A stretch of DNA of 64,000 nucleotides from Polyangiaceae bacterium (GCA_965222375.1 CBDCTZ010000016.1:1312001-1376000); one strand, 5' to 3'; positions 26,623 through 37,450 are shown, counted from the first letter of the stretch. A program made the numbers and translations. The notes: generated by a model from the letters alone, not told the origin.

Positions 26623-27675
26623 TCACAAAACTGCCAGCCCCACGGAGATGCCAGCCGAAAAGCTGAACAAAGGCACATCGTGAACCACCACCCGCGGTTG
26701 CTCGAAGACGAAGTCGTCTCGCGTCAGGTTCAACCAACCGGCTGCCTGGAATTCTGCATAGAAATCGCCGCCTAGCTGCGACGAAAGGAAGCCGCTCAGG
26801 CCACTGGCGAAAAAGGCCCGGGTGGCCGCGCCGGGTTTGGGCGCGTCACGGCCCTCGGCGCGTAGTGCCGCCCCTTGGAGGACCACGCAGCTGCCGGTCT
26901 CTAGGGCGTCGAGTAGCGCGAATCGATGGGGGCACAGATCGAGCTGTCCACCGATGACCCGGTAGTCGGCGAGCTCTCCCTCAGAACCGACAGTGCCCGT
27001 CTTTGCCGCGAAGAACCGCAGGGTGCCGCGGGGTTTCAGGCCGAAACTCGTGTCCGAGACCCGCAGGTGAGTGCCGGCTGCTGCCAGGGGCTTCGGGGTG
27101 ATGCCGGCAATGAGCGTGGCGTCCAGACCCAGGCCGATGCTCGTCGATGCCACTTTTCCTGGCGATGAGGGCAAACTTCTTCGCGGCGTGTCGAGCTGAG
27201 GGCCCTGGCTCTGTGGCTGCGGGGGGCGTTTGACCGGTGCGACCGCTGGCGCGGCCGCCGGCGTGGATTCCGGCCCTGGCGCGGGTGGGGGAGGCAACTC
27301 CCCAATCGGGGCCGTGGAAGCGTCCGGATCCACCGCCAGCGCAAGGACGAGTGCCAAGCCCGAGGCAACCTCGTCACAGTCGCGTCCGGTGATGACACGC
27401 TCGGAAGTCTCACCCTCGCCGCTGACGATTTCGAGCTTCCCGGTGAACTCGTCCTCGGAGCGCGAGAAAGCCACAGAAAACCTTCGCGCTCCATCGGCAC
27501 CGGCGAAGCGCACCTTGGAGGTGCGCGCACGGACCTCGTCGACGAATTGCGCTCGCGGCGGACACGACGCTCGAGTGGAGTAGCGAAGCACGATGGACTC
27601 GCTTTCGCCCCTCGCCTCCCACGAGAGAGTCATGCTGATGACTCCCACGAACACCTGTATCCACCTGCAGATCAT
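26623..27675 (-). CDS. Secreted protein with a putative C-terminal beta-barrel domain
   Basis: Signal peptide, CP...F..EV..R N-domain, C.EV...LALVLALAVDP, Pro linker, amphipathic beta-strands. Confidence 0.7.
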   Translation of the reverse strand: MICRWIQVFVGVISMTLSWEARGESESIVLRYSTRASCPPRAQFVDEVRARTSKVRFAGADGARRFSVAFSRSEDEFTGKLEIVSGEGETSERVITGRDCDEVASGLALVLALAVDPDASTAPIGELPPPPAPGPESTPAAAPAVAPVKRPPQPQSQGPQLDTPRRSLPSSPGKVASTSIGLGLDATLIAGITPKPLAAAGTHLRVSDTSFGLKPRGTLRFFAAKTGTVGSEGELADYRVIGGQLDLCPHRFALLDALETGSCVVLQGAALRAEGRDAPKPGAATRAFFASGLSGFLSSQLGGDFYAEFQAAGWLNLTRDDFVFEQPRVVVHDVPLFSFSAGISVGLAVL

Positions 27676-27809
27676 GTTGTGTCGTGCCCCGCCTAGCGTT
27701 GCGCGCCGGCGTGCAGGCGTTCAATGCACTACGATATTTCCGGCCGTCAAAAAAGTTTGATCAATTTCCGTGGAGGGCACCATTAGCCGGCGCGAGGAGG
27801 ACAGAAACC

Positions 27810-29117
27810 ATGCGTTGTCAGCTTTTTTCCACATCCGTCTTGATCGCCCCCCTACTGGTTGCTTGTGGCAGCGACGTTCCCATTGGTTCAGGTCAGCAGA
27901 ACGCGACGGGCACTGGCGCATCCTCGGGGGCGTCCGGGGCTTCCGGCTCTGCTGGCTCGGCGGGGTCCGGTGCTCGACCGGGAGTGGGTGGAGCGGCGGG
28001 AGCAGCCGGCTTCGCCGGCGGCGGTGGGACTGCTGGTGCAGGCACTGGCGGCGCGAGCGGCGGCGCGGCGGGGACCGGTGCGACCGGAGGCGGTGGCGCC
28101 ACCGGGAAGTGCGTGAGCAATGCAACCGCCGTGCAGCGTGTCATTCCAGGAAAGAACCCACGCGACACGATGTTCGTTGGCAGCGCGCTCTACTTCAGCG
28201 AAACCGACCTGGCGGACAGCAAGATATCGAGAGTCCAGCTTCCTTCCGGAGCCCCGCAAGTGATTGGCTCCAAGGCCCTATACCCCGCTCAAGCCGAGGC
28301 GTTCGAGAGTGCTGATGCGATGGTGTCGGACGGGACGTCCGTGTACTGGCGGACCGAAGAGGGGGCCTACGTGTGGAAGATGCCCCTTGCTGGGGGGACG
28401 CCAGTGAAGGTCGCTAGCGTTGGCGGCTTGAACCCGACGTTTACCAACGGCGGCCTGCCCGGTGCCCTCGCCCTGAACGCGACACATCTATACTGGGTGC
28501 AAGGGCCGAACGACGTCGGTAGTATCGAGGTCGAATACGTGTTGTACGAGGCACCGCTTGCGGGCGGAACCCCAAAGAAGCTTGCGGCGTTTCAGAGCGA
28601 CACCAACGACATCACCAAGACCTTTCAGCCGATCTCCCTTAGGGCTGACGCCACAAACCTCTACTTCTCCCGGGTCAGTGGTGGAGCCACGGGTGTGCAT
28701 AGTCTGCCGCTTGCGGGCGGTCCGGTCGTGGAGTTCTTCGGTGCCGGCAACTGGATAGATCACAATGCGAGCGACGTGTTCACGGTTGGAGGCGCCTTCG
28801 TGTGGCGGCAAGCCAAGGTTGGCGGGAGCCCCGGCATAGTGTCGATGGGCCTCAATCCCAACGAGTACTCCCTGACGGCGCAGAGCGTGATCGTCTCCGG
28901 TAGCAGCGTCTACAGTGGCTACATGGCGACTCTGATTCAAGGGTCGAAGGCCCTGTTTGGCTGCGGTGTCGTGCTCAAGTCTCCGATCGCTGCGCAAGGC
29001 GTCACGCCGACCATCTTGTGGGAGGGCCAGGGCCGGCCCTTCGCGCTCTCGCAGTCGGCAGGTGCGCTTGCGATGGTCGACCTAGACAACGAGGAAGTCG
29101 TACTGCTCAATCCCTGA
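27810..29117 (+). CDS. Beta-propeller (DUF5050-like) lipoprotein
   Basis: RBS GAGGAGG, lipobox LVAC, Gly linker, repeated D/N-ATxLYW...PLAGGTP blades. Confidence 0.82.
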   Translation: MRCQLFSTSVLIAPLLVACGSDVPIGSGQQNATGTGASSGASGASGSAGSAGSGARPGVGGAAGAAGFAGGGGTAGAGTGGASGGAAGTGATGGGGATGKCVSNATAVQRVIPGKNPRDTMFVGSALYFSETDLADSKISRVQLPSGAPQVIGSKALYPAQAEAFESADAMVSDGTSVYWRTEEGAYVWKMPLAGGTPVKVASVGGLNPTFTNGGLPGALALNATHLYWVQGPNDVGSIEVEYVLYEAPLAGGTPKKLAAFQSDTNDITKTFQPISLRADATNLYFSRVSGGATGVHSLPLAGGPVVEFFGAGNWIDHNASDVFTVGGAFVWRQAKVGGSPGIVSMGLNPNEYSLTAQSVIVSGSSVYSGYMATLIQGSKALFGCGVVLKSPIAAQGVTPTILWEGQGRPFALSQSAGALAMVDLDNEEVVLLNP

Positions 29118-29180
29118 GTGTAGAGTGGAGTGCAAGTTCGCCGGGGCGTGACGAGCGCCCCGGCGCTCTCGCATCTATTC

Positions 29181-30959
29181 CTACAATCCGCTCACGCGCT
29201 TTGCGCGAAGTGTTTTGATCAACTGGTGCAGGAGTTCAGGATTTACCGGTTTCTGCAACACGACGCGATCCGTGGAGTCGAGAAAGGCCTGCGCACTGGC
29301 TGTGAACCCACCACCGGTGGTGAACGCCAAGCGGCTCACCAGCTGAGGGAACTCCTCTCGAATGCAGCGGTCCACTTCGATTCCCGTAATATCGGGCATC
29401 ATCAGATCGCAGAGGATCAGGTCGAAGCGCTCGCCATCGCGAAGGCGTTGCAGCGCGCCTGCACCACTGAGCTCGATGACGACCTGAGCCTCGGGTAGCA
29501 AGCGCTTCAGCCCTTTTGCCACCAACGGTTCATCGTCGACGATCAACACCCGTGCACCATCGGCCTGCCCAGGCCGGATAGATGATTGCGGCGCCGCGCT
29601 GTCTCGGACTTTCCCAGTCGCGCTCGCGAGGAGCACTCGGGCCACGGTTTTTCCCGGCTGGCTTTCGAGTTCCAGGGATCCCCCGAGGCGCTTGAGGATG
29701 TTGTCGCATAGCGCCAGGCCAATGCCCGTGCCCTCACCCGGAGCTTTGGTAGTGAAGAAAGGCTTGCGCACCTGCTCCAGCAATTCCGCTGGAATGCCCT
29801 CACCAGAGTCCGTGATGGTGACCATCACCTGGCTGTCCTCCTCTCCGACGTCGACTTCGATCTCGTGCTGGGAGGCGTGCCCTTCGGGAATGGCTTGCGC
29901 AGCGTTCAAGAGCAAATTGAGGAAGACCTGCATCAGTCGGGGTTCGTCACCCAGAGCCAGGCATTCCTGGTCAAAACGCGTCACGACGCGTGCCCGCGGT
30001 CGAATGTGCCCTTCCGCCATCTTCAGTGCAGCTCGCAAGGGCTTGTCTACGGCGACGGGTTCGATCTCGACTTGTTCGTCGCTCGGGCGGGCCCACTTGG
30101 ACAGTTCGGCGACAATTCCCGCGATCCGGTTGGCACCATCCGCGCTTTCGTCTAGCGCTTGGATGACCTCAGGATCGCTGCCTTCCAACTTGAGACGACA
30201 GAAGTGCAGATTGTTCGAAATGTACGCGAGCGGGTTGTTGATCTCGTGGGCGACGGAGGCCGCGACGCGCCCCATGGACGCAAAGCGCTCGGCTTTTGAT
30301 AGGCCCGCGTCGGCCTCTGCCTGGATGCGCGCCAACTCTGCCTCGCGGTGGCGCTGCTCTAGGGCGCGCAAGCTCTCTACAGACGCTGCCCGCTGGCGTT
30401 CGTACATCAGGCCCACGAGAAAGAGGACACCGTCGATGGTCAACAACACGATGTGATCGCGCAGGATCTCGAGGGGCGTGGCGGTGGACGGCTGAATCAA
30501 AGCGTATAGCCCGATCGCGCTCAGGCCGATGCCGTTGATCAAGGTCCAAGTCCCTCCCGCTCGCGCGCCACCAAATAATGTGATCCCAAGCGGAATGCTG
30601 GCGATGCCGACACTGGCGAGATTCAGCCCTGGGCCCTGGATCAGGATGATGTTGATGAAGCCGAGGAGCATCACCACGGCCACCGAGCTGTGAACCGCCG
30701 TGAGTACCTTGCCGCTGCGCCGCATCCAAAACGGCCCGAGGAAGGTCATGAGGGCCAGCGCGGCGTCAATCAACGCGACCGGGCTGGACTGAGCCACGCG
30801 GATCACGCCCATGATCATGAAAACCCCGGACATGAGGAACGAGGTTCGGGCGACGTTGCGGGCTCTCCAGCCCCACTGGGGATCGTCTGCAAGGCGCTTG
30901 GGCACGAACCCGTCCAGGGTTTTGTTCCAGCGCTCTGACAGAGTCCGCACCACGATCAC
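29181..30959 (-). CDS. Multi-TM hybrid histidine kinase/receiver
   Basis: Several N-terminal TMs, AHEINNPL, NLLLNA, DSGEG, PFFTTK, GTGIGL, receiver VDDE...DLMMP...KP. Confidence 0.93.
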   Translation of the reverse strand: MIVVRTLSERWNKTLDGFVPKRLADDPQWGWRARNVARTSFLMSGVFMIMGVIRVAQSSPVALIDAALALMTFLGPFWMRRSGKVLTAVHSSVAVVMLLGFINIILIQGPGLNLASVGIASIPLGITLFGGARAGGTWTLINGIGLSAIGLYALIQPSTATPLEILRDHIVLLTIDGVLFLVGLMYERQRAASVESLRALEQRHREAELARIQAEADAGLSKAERFASMGRVAASVAHEINNPLAYISNNLHFCRLKLEGSDPEVIQALDESADGANRIAGIVAELSKWARPSDEQVEIEPVAVDKPLRAALKMAEGHIRPRARVVTRFDQECLALGDEPRLMQVFLNLLLNAAQAIPEGHASQHEIEVDVGEEDSQVMVTITDSGEGIPAELLEQVRKPFFTTKAPGEGTGIGLALCDNILKRLGGSLELESQPGKTVARVLLASATGKVRDSAAPQSSIRPGQADGARVLIVDDEPLVAKGLKRLLPEAQVVIELSGAGALQRLRDGERFDLILCDLMMPDITGIEVDRCIREEFPQLVSRLAFTTGGGFTASAQAFLDSTDRVVLQKPVNPELLHQLIKTLRAKRVSGL

Positions 30960-31064
30960 ATAGAATAGCTCGTCTTGTCTTGGGAATGCAGATCAAAGAC
31001 AAGAACTGATGCCGCTGCGCACACCATTTGGGACATCCACTGACATGCACCCACGCGGCCCAAA

Positions 31065-31106
31065 GCGGGATTAGTGGCGCAGCGCGACCTCGCGACGCGA
31101 CCCCAA
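31065..31106 (-). promoter_or_regulatory. Bipartite motif copy 3 (TTGGGGTCGCG-N21-CTAATCCCGC)
   Basis: Plus strand GCGGGATTAG-N21-CGCGACCCCAA, oriented toward the hybrid kinase. Confidence 0.7.
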
Positions 31107-31139
31107 AAAACCAAAGAAACCCAGCACGGCGACAGGTGC

Positions 31140-34001
31140 TTACGGCTTGGTCGCGGCCTCCTTCTTGGGCTTCAAAACGCCGAGCACATACTGCCTCGGG
31201 TTTAGGTATTTCTTGGAGGCGGCTCGAACACGGTCCGAGCTGATTTTGTCGACCATGGGCTGGATGTCAGGAATCAGACGTGGGTCGTCACCGAACGCGT
31301 AGGCCTTCTCGAGTTTGCGGAGCCAAAAGCTATTCCGCTTCAGGTTGACTTGGTGCGCTTGCCTGCGTGCCTGTTTCGCCTTGTCGATGTAGTCCTGAGC
31401 TACGCCGTCCTTCTGTACTGACTTGATCTCGTCGAAAACAGCCTGCTTGAGCTGTTCGACCTTGTCGGGGGCACAGCCGAAGCTCACGTTGAAGCGGTAC
31501 TCTTGGCGAGGCCGGCGGCTGATGCCGCCGTGGACCCGTACTCCGTACACGCCACCCATGTCTTCTCTGAGAATTTGGCGCAGGCGAAAGCTCAGGGTTT
31601 CACTCAGCATGCGCATGTCGTTCTTGGTGTCGCGAGTCCAGCGCGCCCTGCCGTGAAAAGTGATCGACACCCTCGCTTTCGGCTCGCTGCCCTGCTCGAC
31701 GACTTTGGTTTTCACGCCCCGGGGCATATACACGCGCACATCCCGCCATTTTTCTTTGCGCTTCTTGCTTGGCAGGCTGCCCAAGTACGTTGCAGATAGC
31801 TTCTTCAAGCGATCTAGCTCGATATTGCCGACGAATACGAAAGTGAAGTCACCCGCATCAGCAAAGCGTTCTTTGTAGATGGCGAGGGCTCGGTCCAAAT
31901 TGACCTGCTCGATGACTTTGGGGGTGACGGGTCGGCGCCGCAGGTGGTTCTGCGTGGTGAAGATCAACAAGTCTTCAAAGAAAGCGCGCTCGGGCGAGAC
32001 TCGCCGGTTTTTCACGTTTTCGATCTGGCGTGTTTTCCACGACTTGAAAGCATTGGCGTCTTTGCGAGGGGCGGTGAACCCCAGGTGCAGCATCTGAAAC
32101 AGTGTCTCCAGGTCGCTTGGGGACGCCCTTCCCACGAACCCTTCTTCGAGCTCGCCGATTTGTGCACGTGCGGAAACGATCTTGCCCGCGAGAGCCTTGC
32201 GCAGCTGCACGGCGTCGAAGGGGCCTACACCGCCCTGACCCACCACCTCATCGGCGAAGCGAGCGGTGGAAAAATCTGCGTCTTTCGTCAGCGAGTGGCC
32301 ACCCGGGGAGAATGCGCTCATGAGCACCTGGTCGTTGACGAAGTTGGTGGGCTTGGCGATGACTCGAACACCGTTGTCGAGGGTCCACTCCGTGACGCCT
32401 ATTTCGGGTACGGCGCTCGTTTTGGCGATCTTGCCGGGGGTCGGCGCGGCCTCCATCAACGGAACGCTGGGCCCTCGATCGACGTAGGGCGCGATAGTTT
32501 GAGCGGCCACTTTTTGTGCTGTGGCCAGCATCGCGCTAGCGGAGGGTTTGACCATTTTCTTCGGCCCGGCCACCACGATGACGCGGCTACCTTTGGCTAG
32601 GGTCTTGCCGATCCCGTTCAGCTCCTCCAGCGTGAATGTGGGCAGGAACTTCTCCACGAGCTTCAACTCGGCCTCACGCCCAGGCATGGCCTCGGCCTCC
32701 AAGAAGTTGCGCACGATCTCCGCGGCAAATTCTCGCCCGTTGGTCTTGTCCCGTTCTTTGACTGCTTGCTGAAAGAGACGCAGCATTCGAGCCCGCGCGC
32801 GGTCGAGTTCGGTTTTGGTGAACCCGTGGCGCTCCACGCGGAGCACTTCTGTGAGCAGCGCCTGGAAACCGCGCTCGACGCCGTCCTCTCTTGTTGCAGC
32901 GACTTGACGAAATGTGTCTGCAGTGCGCACCAGACCGCTAGCTGACGAGGCCGCAAACAGAAAAGGTGCGTTGGGCTTGCGACGGATTTCGTCCAGTCGA
33001 GCATTCAGCATCGAGTTGAACAACTGCTCGCCCACGGAGCGCCGGTAATCTCGCGCGCTGCCTTCCGGCCGATGTGGCAGCTTGCTCATGATCGAAACGC
33101 TGGTCCGGGGGAGCTCCGCATCCGTTTCGATACTGACTAGGGTTTCCTTGTGTGATGGCAGGGTTACCGTCGGCCGAGGTCTCGGCTTCTTGGGATTCTT
33201 GAGACTGGCGAATTCTGTCTTGATCTGCGCCTCTATTGCCGCACCGTCGAAGTCGCCGACCGCCACGACAGCCATGAGGTCGGGTCGGTACCAGTCACGG
33301 TAGAATCGTACGAGAGTGTCCCGGGAGGCCTTCTTGAGAATTTCGGGTTTCCCAATGGTGAGGCGCTGCGCGTATTTCGACTTGTGAAAAAGCACGGCGG
33401 CCTGCTTGTCGAATAGTCGCTTTCGCGCTCCGCGACCGAGGCGCCACTCTTCCAGCACGACGCCACGCTCTTTTTCTACCTCTTCGGGGTCGAAGGTGAT
33501 GCCGTCGGCCCAATCGCGGAGTACGCGGATGGATCCCTGAAGCAGCTTCGGCTTGTCCGTGGGAACCTGCAGCATATAGACGGTCTCGTCGAAAGACGTG
33601 TAGGCGTTGAGATCCGCGCCAAACCGGATGCCGGCCTTTTCCAAGAAGTCCACTAGTTGCGTTTTGGGAAAACGCTTCGTGCCGTTGAAACCCATGTGCT
33701 CGACGAAATGCGCGAGCCCCTGCTGGTCATCGTCCTCGAGAACCGAGCCCGCATTGACGACTAGCCAAACCTGAGCGCGTTTCTCGGGCTTCTTGTGAGG
33801 CAGTACATAGTAGGTCAGCCCGTTGTCGAGCTTTCCCTTCGTCAGTCGCGTGTCGAGGGGAAGTGGCTGGTCAAGCGGGTCGACCGGCCCGGTCTTCGAG
33901 GACGGCTGTGCCTCGCCGCTTGGAGGTGTCGATGATGCTGGCGGTGGGCCGCACGCAACGGCGATGGCGACGAGAAGGGTCAGAAGCAGTCGGCGAATCA
34001 T
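31140..34001 (-). CDS. M16 family zinc protease (PqqL-like) lipoprotein
   Basis: GLAHFVEHMGF (HxxEH), LNAYTSFDETVY, ERGVVLEEWR; lipobox AVAC. Confidence 0.95.
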   Translation of the reverse strand: MIRRLLLTLLVAIAVACGPPPASSTPPSGEAQPSSKTGPVDPLDQPLPLDTRLTKGKLDNGLTYYVLPHKKPEKRAQVWLVVNAGSVLEDDDQQGLAHFVEHMGFNGTKRFPKTQLVDFLEKAGIRFGADLNAYTSFDETVYMLQVPTDKPKLLQGSIRVLRDWADGITFDPEEVEKERGVVLEEWRLGRGARKRLFDKQAAVLFHKSKYAQRLTIGKPEILKKASRDTLVRFYRDWYRPDLMAVVAVGDFDGAAIEAQIKTEFASLKNPKKPRPRPTVTLPSHKETLVSIETDAELPRTSVSIMSKLPHRPEGSARDYRRSVGEQLFNSMLNARLDEIRRKPNAPFLFAASSASGLVRTADTFRQVAATREDGVERGFQALLTEVLRVERHGFTKTELDRARARMLRLFQQAVKERDKTNGREFAAEIVRNFLEAEAMPGREAELKLVEKFLPTFTLEELNGIGKTLAKGSRVIVVAGPKKMVKPSASAMLATAQKVAAQTIAPYVDRGPSVPLMEAAPTPGKIAKTSAVPEIGVTEWTLDNGVRVIAKPTNFVNDQVLMSAFSPGGHSLTKDADFSTARFADEVVGQGGVGPFDAVQLRKALAGKIVSARAQIGELEEGFVGRASPSDLETLFQMLHLGFTAPRKDANAFKSWKTRQIENVKNRRVSPERAFFEDLLIFTTQNHLRRRPVTPKVIEQVNLDRALAIYKERFADAGDFTFVFVGNIELDRLKKLSATYLGSLPSKKRKEKWRDVRVYMPRGVKTKVVEQGSEPKARVSITFHGRARWTRDTKNDMRMLSETLSFRLRQILREDMGGVYGVRVHGGISRRPRQEYRFNVSFGCAPDKVEQLKQAVFDEIKSVQKDGVAQDYIDKAKQARRQAHQVNLKRNSFWLRKLEKAYAFGDDPRLIPDIQPMVDKISSDRVRAASKKYLNPRQYVLGVLKPKKEAATKP

Positions 34002-34126
34002 AGACCTGGACGTAACGCCGATCGGTTCGGACGGCCAGGGCTCTCGGGAGTCGCGGCGGCCCGGCTGGCGCGCAGGGCACGGTGCCGGCCTGTAGCTGGC
34101 AATACTGGAGTGTTGAGCCCCGGCAA

Positions 34127-35110
34127 TCAACTCAGGTCGCCGTCGATTTGCTTTGCTCCACACAGTGCCGCGAGCCGCTCCAGCGCATCACCCAGACGCC
34201 GTTTTTGGGCTCTGGTGACGCGTACCCCGCGCTCCCACCACACAGCATTGACCCGAAGCGAGCGTTCCTCCCGCAAGTACTTCGGGTCAGCCCGACCCAC
34301 GAGGCGATCGCCGTCGAGTATGGGCATCACGTAGTAACCGTACCTGCGTTTCTTCTGCGGGACGAACGCCTCGAAGCGGTAGTCGAAGTCGAAGAGGCGT
34401 GCGGCCCGTGCGCGGTCCCGAAGTATCGGGTCGAATGGACTCAGGAGGCGCGCGCGGCGAGGCGCGTCTGTCAACCGATCGTAGCGCTCGGCGTAGTCCG
34501 GTAGCGCGAGCGCTGGCCGTGGTGGCTGTCCATTCGCCGCGTGCACCTCTACAGCGATGAGGCTGCCGCGAGCCACTTGCCGGTTGCACCAGCGGCGCAC
34601 ATCCTTCAGTGACGCTGTGTCGAAGTAGCGCGATATCTCTGTCGGAGTCGCGATGACGAGACGTGTGATCGCTTCACGGCATGCAAATTCGAGGTGGGCG
34701 CTTGGGGTCGAGGCAGCCACGCGCCACTGTTCGGGCAACGTTTGCTCTGTGAGCTGATACACGCGCTGGAAACCACGCCGCTCTGCGATGGATACCTCCC
34801 CGGTTCGCCATAGGTACTCGAGCGCCGCCTTGCTGGGATCCCAATTCCACCATCCGCCGCCTCTGGCGCTCTTGTCTGGCTCCTTCTCGAAATCGCGCGC
34901 CATGAGTGGCCCCTCGGCTCGCAATCGCGCGCGCACCTTGCGAATGATCCGCTTGGGGTCGGGCCCCATTCGGCGTACGCACCAACTCTTGACCCGGTCT
35001 TGGCGTCGAAATCGAGCGAAACGCACTTTCCAATGCGGATACCACTCCACAGGGATCACGGAGGCATCGTGCGTCCAGTGCTCGAAGAAGCTCCGGTCAC
35101 GCTCGAGCGT
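34127..35110 (-). pseudogene. YcaQ/AlkZ-like crosslink-repair DNA glycosylase, 5'-truncated
   Basis: FEHWTHDAS, WWNW, LLSPFDP, FDYRFEAFVPQKKRRYGYYVMPIL; homology appears to start about 30 nt after the upstream gene's stop, with no N-terminal domain. Confidence 0.7.
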
Positions 35111-35141
35111 GATAAACCGCGGAGCTCCCTGACCCAGTTGC

Positions 35142-35624
35142 TCAGGGCCCCGCGTCGGCGCTCGAGCGATCGGCACACCGCGCCGGAGAACCGCCTCCGC
35201 AGACACACGCCCCACCGGACTTTGATGGCGGATCAGGCACAGCAGTCTCACCGTAGCCGACGAAAGGACAGTAGCAATTGGCCGGCTTGAACACGCAGCT
35301 CGGGTTTGCTTCACACTTCGCCTTGTCGTACTTCGGCTGGGTCTGCTCGCACTTGCCTTTGGGTTTGCGGCATACGTAGCGTGACGGGGCCGTGGCTTCG
35401 AGAATGCAGTGGGTCGCGCGGTAGCACTCGAGCCGCGTCAAGCTTGCACACTCTCTGCTCGTACTGATGGGCGGCTTCTGGTCAGCCTCAGCGCGCTTCG
35501 ACGCCTTCTTGCAGCTCATCCCGAGACCTGCGCACAGCACAAGCGCCAGAAGTCTGATCGCGGACTTGTGCCGGAGCCACGAACTGTCGCTTCTCACGTC
35601 CGCGAGCCTAACAAGATCTGTCAA
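35142..35624 (-). CDS. Small Cys-rich lipoprotein
   Basis: Hydrophobic signal ending GMSC; many Cys including CYCP and CVCGGGSPARC. Confidence 0.65.
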   Translation of the reverse strand: MTDLVRLADVRSDSSWLRHKSAIRLLALVLCAGLGMSCKKASKRAEADQKPPISTSRECASLTRLECYRATHCILEATAPSRYVCRKPKGKCEQTQPKYDKAKCEANPSCVFKPANCYCPFVGYGETAVPDPPSKSGGACVCGGGSPARCADRSSADAGP

Positions 35625-35966
35625 CTACGAACGGTCACATGCTGATTTCACCCGCGCGGCTCCCAGCGCCATGCAGCGTCGTTTGACTGGCGACGCAGGT
35701 TCTGCTGGACGCAGAAATAGCCGGAATAATGTGCGTGTTCGCGGTTTTAGTCGCGCAAGAATGAGGGGGGACCCCGGCCTTTCGTCAACGTTTTCGGCCT
35801 TGGGTGCCTGGTTTTGTCGGGACTTGGGCGGTGAGCGCGGATCGCCTCCGAGCGGCCTGACTCTTGCTCGGCGTTGGGCGATGCTTCGACGGATGTCGTC
35901 TGCTCTTGGACACCTGGCCAAGCCAGAGTTGCTGAAACCCCCTCGAGCCTCTCTCGCAGGCCGGCC

Positions 35967-37118
35967 ATGACGAAGGTCTTGATCGCCAAGGAGCGCGCTC
36001 AGGGCGAGACCCGTGTTGCGGCCACTCCCGAGACCGTGGGCAAACTAGTTGGCGCAGGGCTCGTGGTCGTGGTCGAGCGTGGCGCCGGAGATGCGGCCAG
36101 CATGGCTGATACAGCCTACGCGGACGCCGGCGCAGAGAGCGTCGCCGATGACGGTTCAGCGTGGTCGGACGCGGACGCGGTGCTCAAGGTCAGGGCTCCG
36201 ACACAGGCAGAGGTCGATCGCCTGAAGCCCGCTGCCGTGACCGTTTCGTTCTTGGTCCCCTCGGATGATCTGCCGCTCGTGCGGCGAATGGTGGACAAGC
36301 AAGTCACGAGCTTTTCGATGAATCTCGTGCCGCGTATCACCCGCGCGCAGAAGATGGACGCACTGAGTTCTCAAGCCAACATCGGTGGGTACAAAGCTGC
36401 ATTGCTCGCAGCTGCCCAGTTGCCGAAGTACTTCCCCCTGCTCATGACCGCTGCGGGCACCGTCAAGCCAGCGAAGGTCGTGGTGATGGGTGCGGGGGTT
36501 GCCGGCCTGCAGGCAATTGCGACAGCGAGACGCCTTGGCGCGCAAGTTTGGGCTACGGATGTGCGTCTGGCCGCTAAGGAGCAGGTGGAGAGTCTCGGAG
36601 CGAAGTTCATCGACGTGCCTGGCATGGAAGACATGGAGGATGCCGGCGGCTACGCAAAGGCGGCCAGTGCCGAGTTCCTCGAGCGCCAGCGCCAGGTCGT
36701 TGGCGAGCACGTGGCGGAGTCGGATGTGGTGATCACCACCGCACTCGTTCCGGGCAAAAAAGCGCCGATCTTGATTCCGGACGCGTTGCTGCAGCGCATG
36801 CGCCCGGGCTCCGTGGTTGTCGATCTAGCCGCCGAGCAAGGTGGGAACTGCGAGGGGACGGAAGCTGGGAAGACCGTCGTTCGTCACGGCGTGAGCTTGA
36901 TCGGCCCTCGCAACTTGCCCGGCACCGTAGCTGTGCATGCGAGCGAACTCTATGCGCGCAACGTGCTCGCGTTTCTCCAACCCATCGTCAAAGAAGGTCA
37001 GTTGAGCATGGATTTCGATGACGAAGTGCAAGCCCAGTCAGCGGTCACACATGCCGGCGAGGTGCGCCACGCGCCGACCGCGGCCCTGCTCGTCAAAGAG
37101 GAAGGAGGAGAGGAGTGA
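35967..37118 (+). CDS. pntA: NAD(P) transhydrogenase alpha subunit part 1
   Basis: ETRVAATPETV, PRITRAQKMDALSSQANIGGY, GAGVAGLQA, ITTALVPG, DLAAEQGGNC. Confidence 0.97.
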   Translation: MTKVLIAKERAQGETRVAATPETVGKLVGAGLVVVVERGAGDAASMADTAYADAGAESVADDGSAWSDADAVLKVRAPTQAEVDRLKPAAVTVSFLVPSDDLPLVRRMVDKQVTSFSMNLVPRITRAQKMDALSSQANIGGYKAALLAAAQLPKYFPLLMTAAGTVKPAKVVVMGAGVAGLQAIATARRLGAQVWATDVRLAAKEQVESLGAKFIDVPGMEDMEDAGGYAKAASAEFLERQRQVVGEHVAESDVVITTALVPGKKAPILIPDALLQRMRPGSVVVDLAAEQGGNCEGTEAGKTVVRHGVSLIGPRNLPGTVAVHASELYARNVLAFLQPIVKEGQLSMDFDDEVQAQSAVTHAGEVRHAPTAALLVKEEGGEE

Positions 37119-37450
37119 GTGCCATCTTCGCAAATGCTGCTGCGTCTGCGCAGACAGCGGTGTCGACGGAAGTCGTCATCTACGGCCTCTACGCGTTCGT
37201 GCTGGCGATGTTCTTGGGCTTCGAGGTCATCACGAAGGTGCCTCCCACGCTCCATACGCCGTTGATGTCGGGCGCAAACGCAATCTCTGGCGTTACACTG
37301 CTCGGCGCGCTCGCCAGCGTTGTGGGCGCAGCAATCACCCGCAGCAACGTGCTTGGCTTTGTTGCAATCGTGCTGGCGACCATCAACGTCGTTGGCGGTT
37401 TCATGGTGACCGACCGGATGCTGAAGATGTTCGGCGGGCCGAAGAAGTGA
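37115..37450 (+). CDS. NAD(P) transhydrogenase alpha subunit part 2
   Basis: VPPTLHTPLMSGANAISG, NVVGGFMVTDRMLKMF. Confidence 0.96.
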   Translation: MSAIFANAAASAQTAVSTEVVIYGLYAFVLAMFLGFEVITKVPPTLHTPLMSGANAISGVTLLGALASVVGAAITRSNVLGFVAIVLATINVVGGFMVTDRMLKMFGGPKK

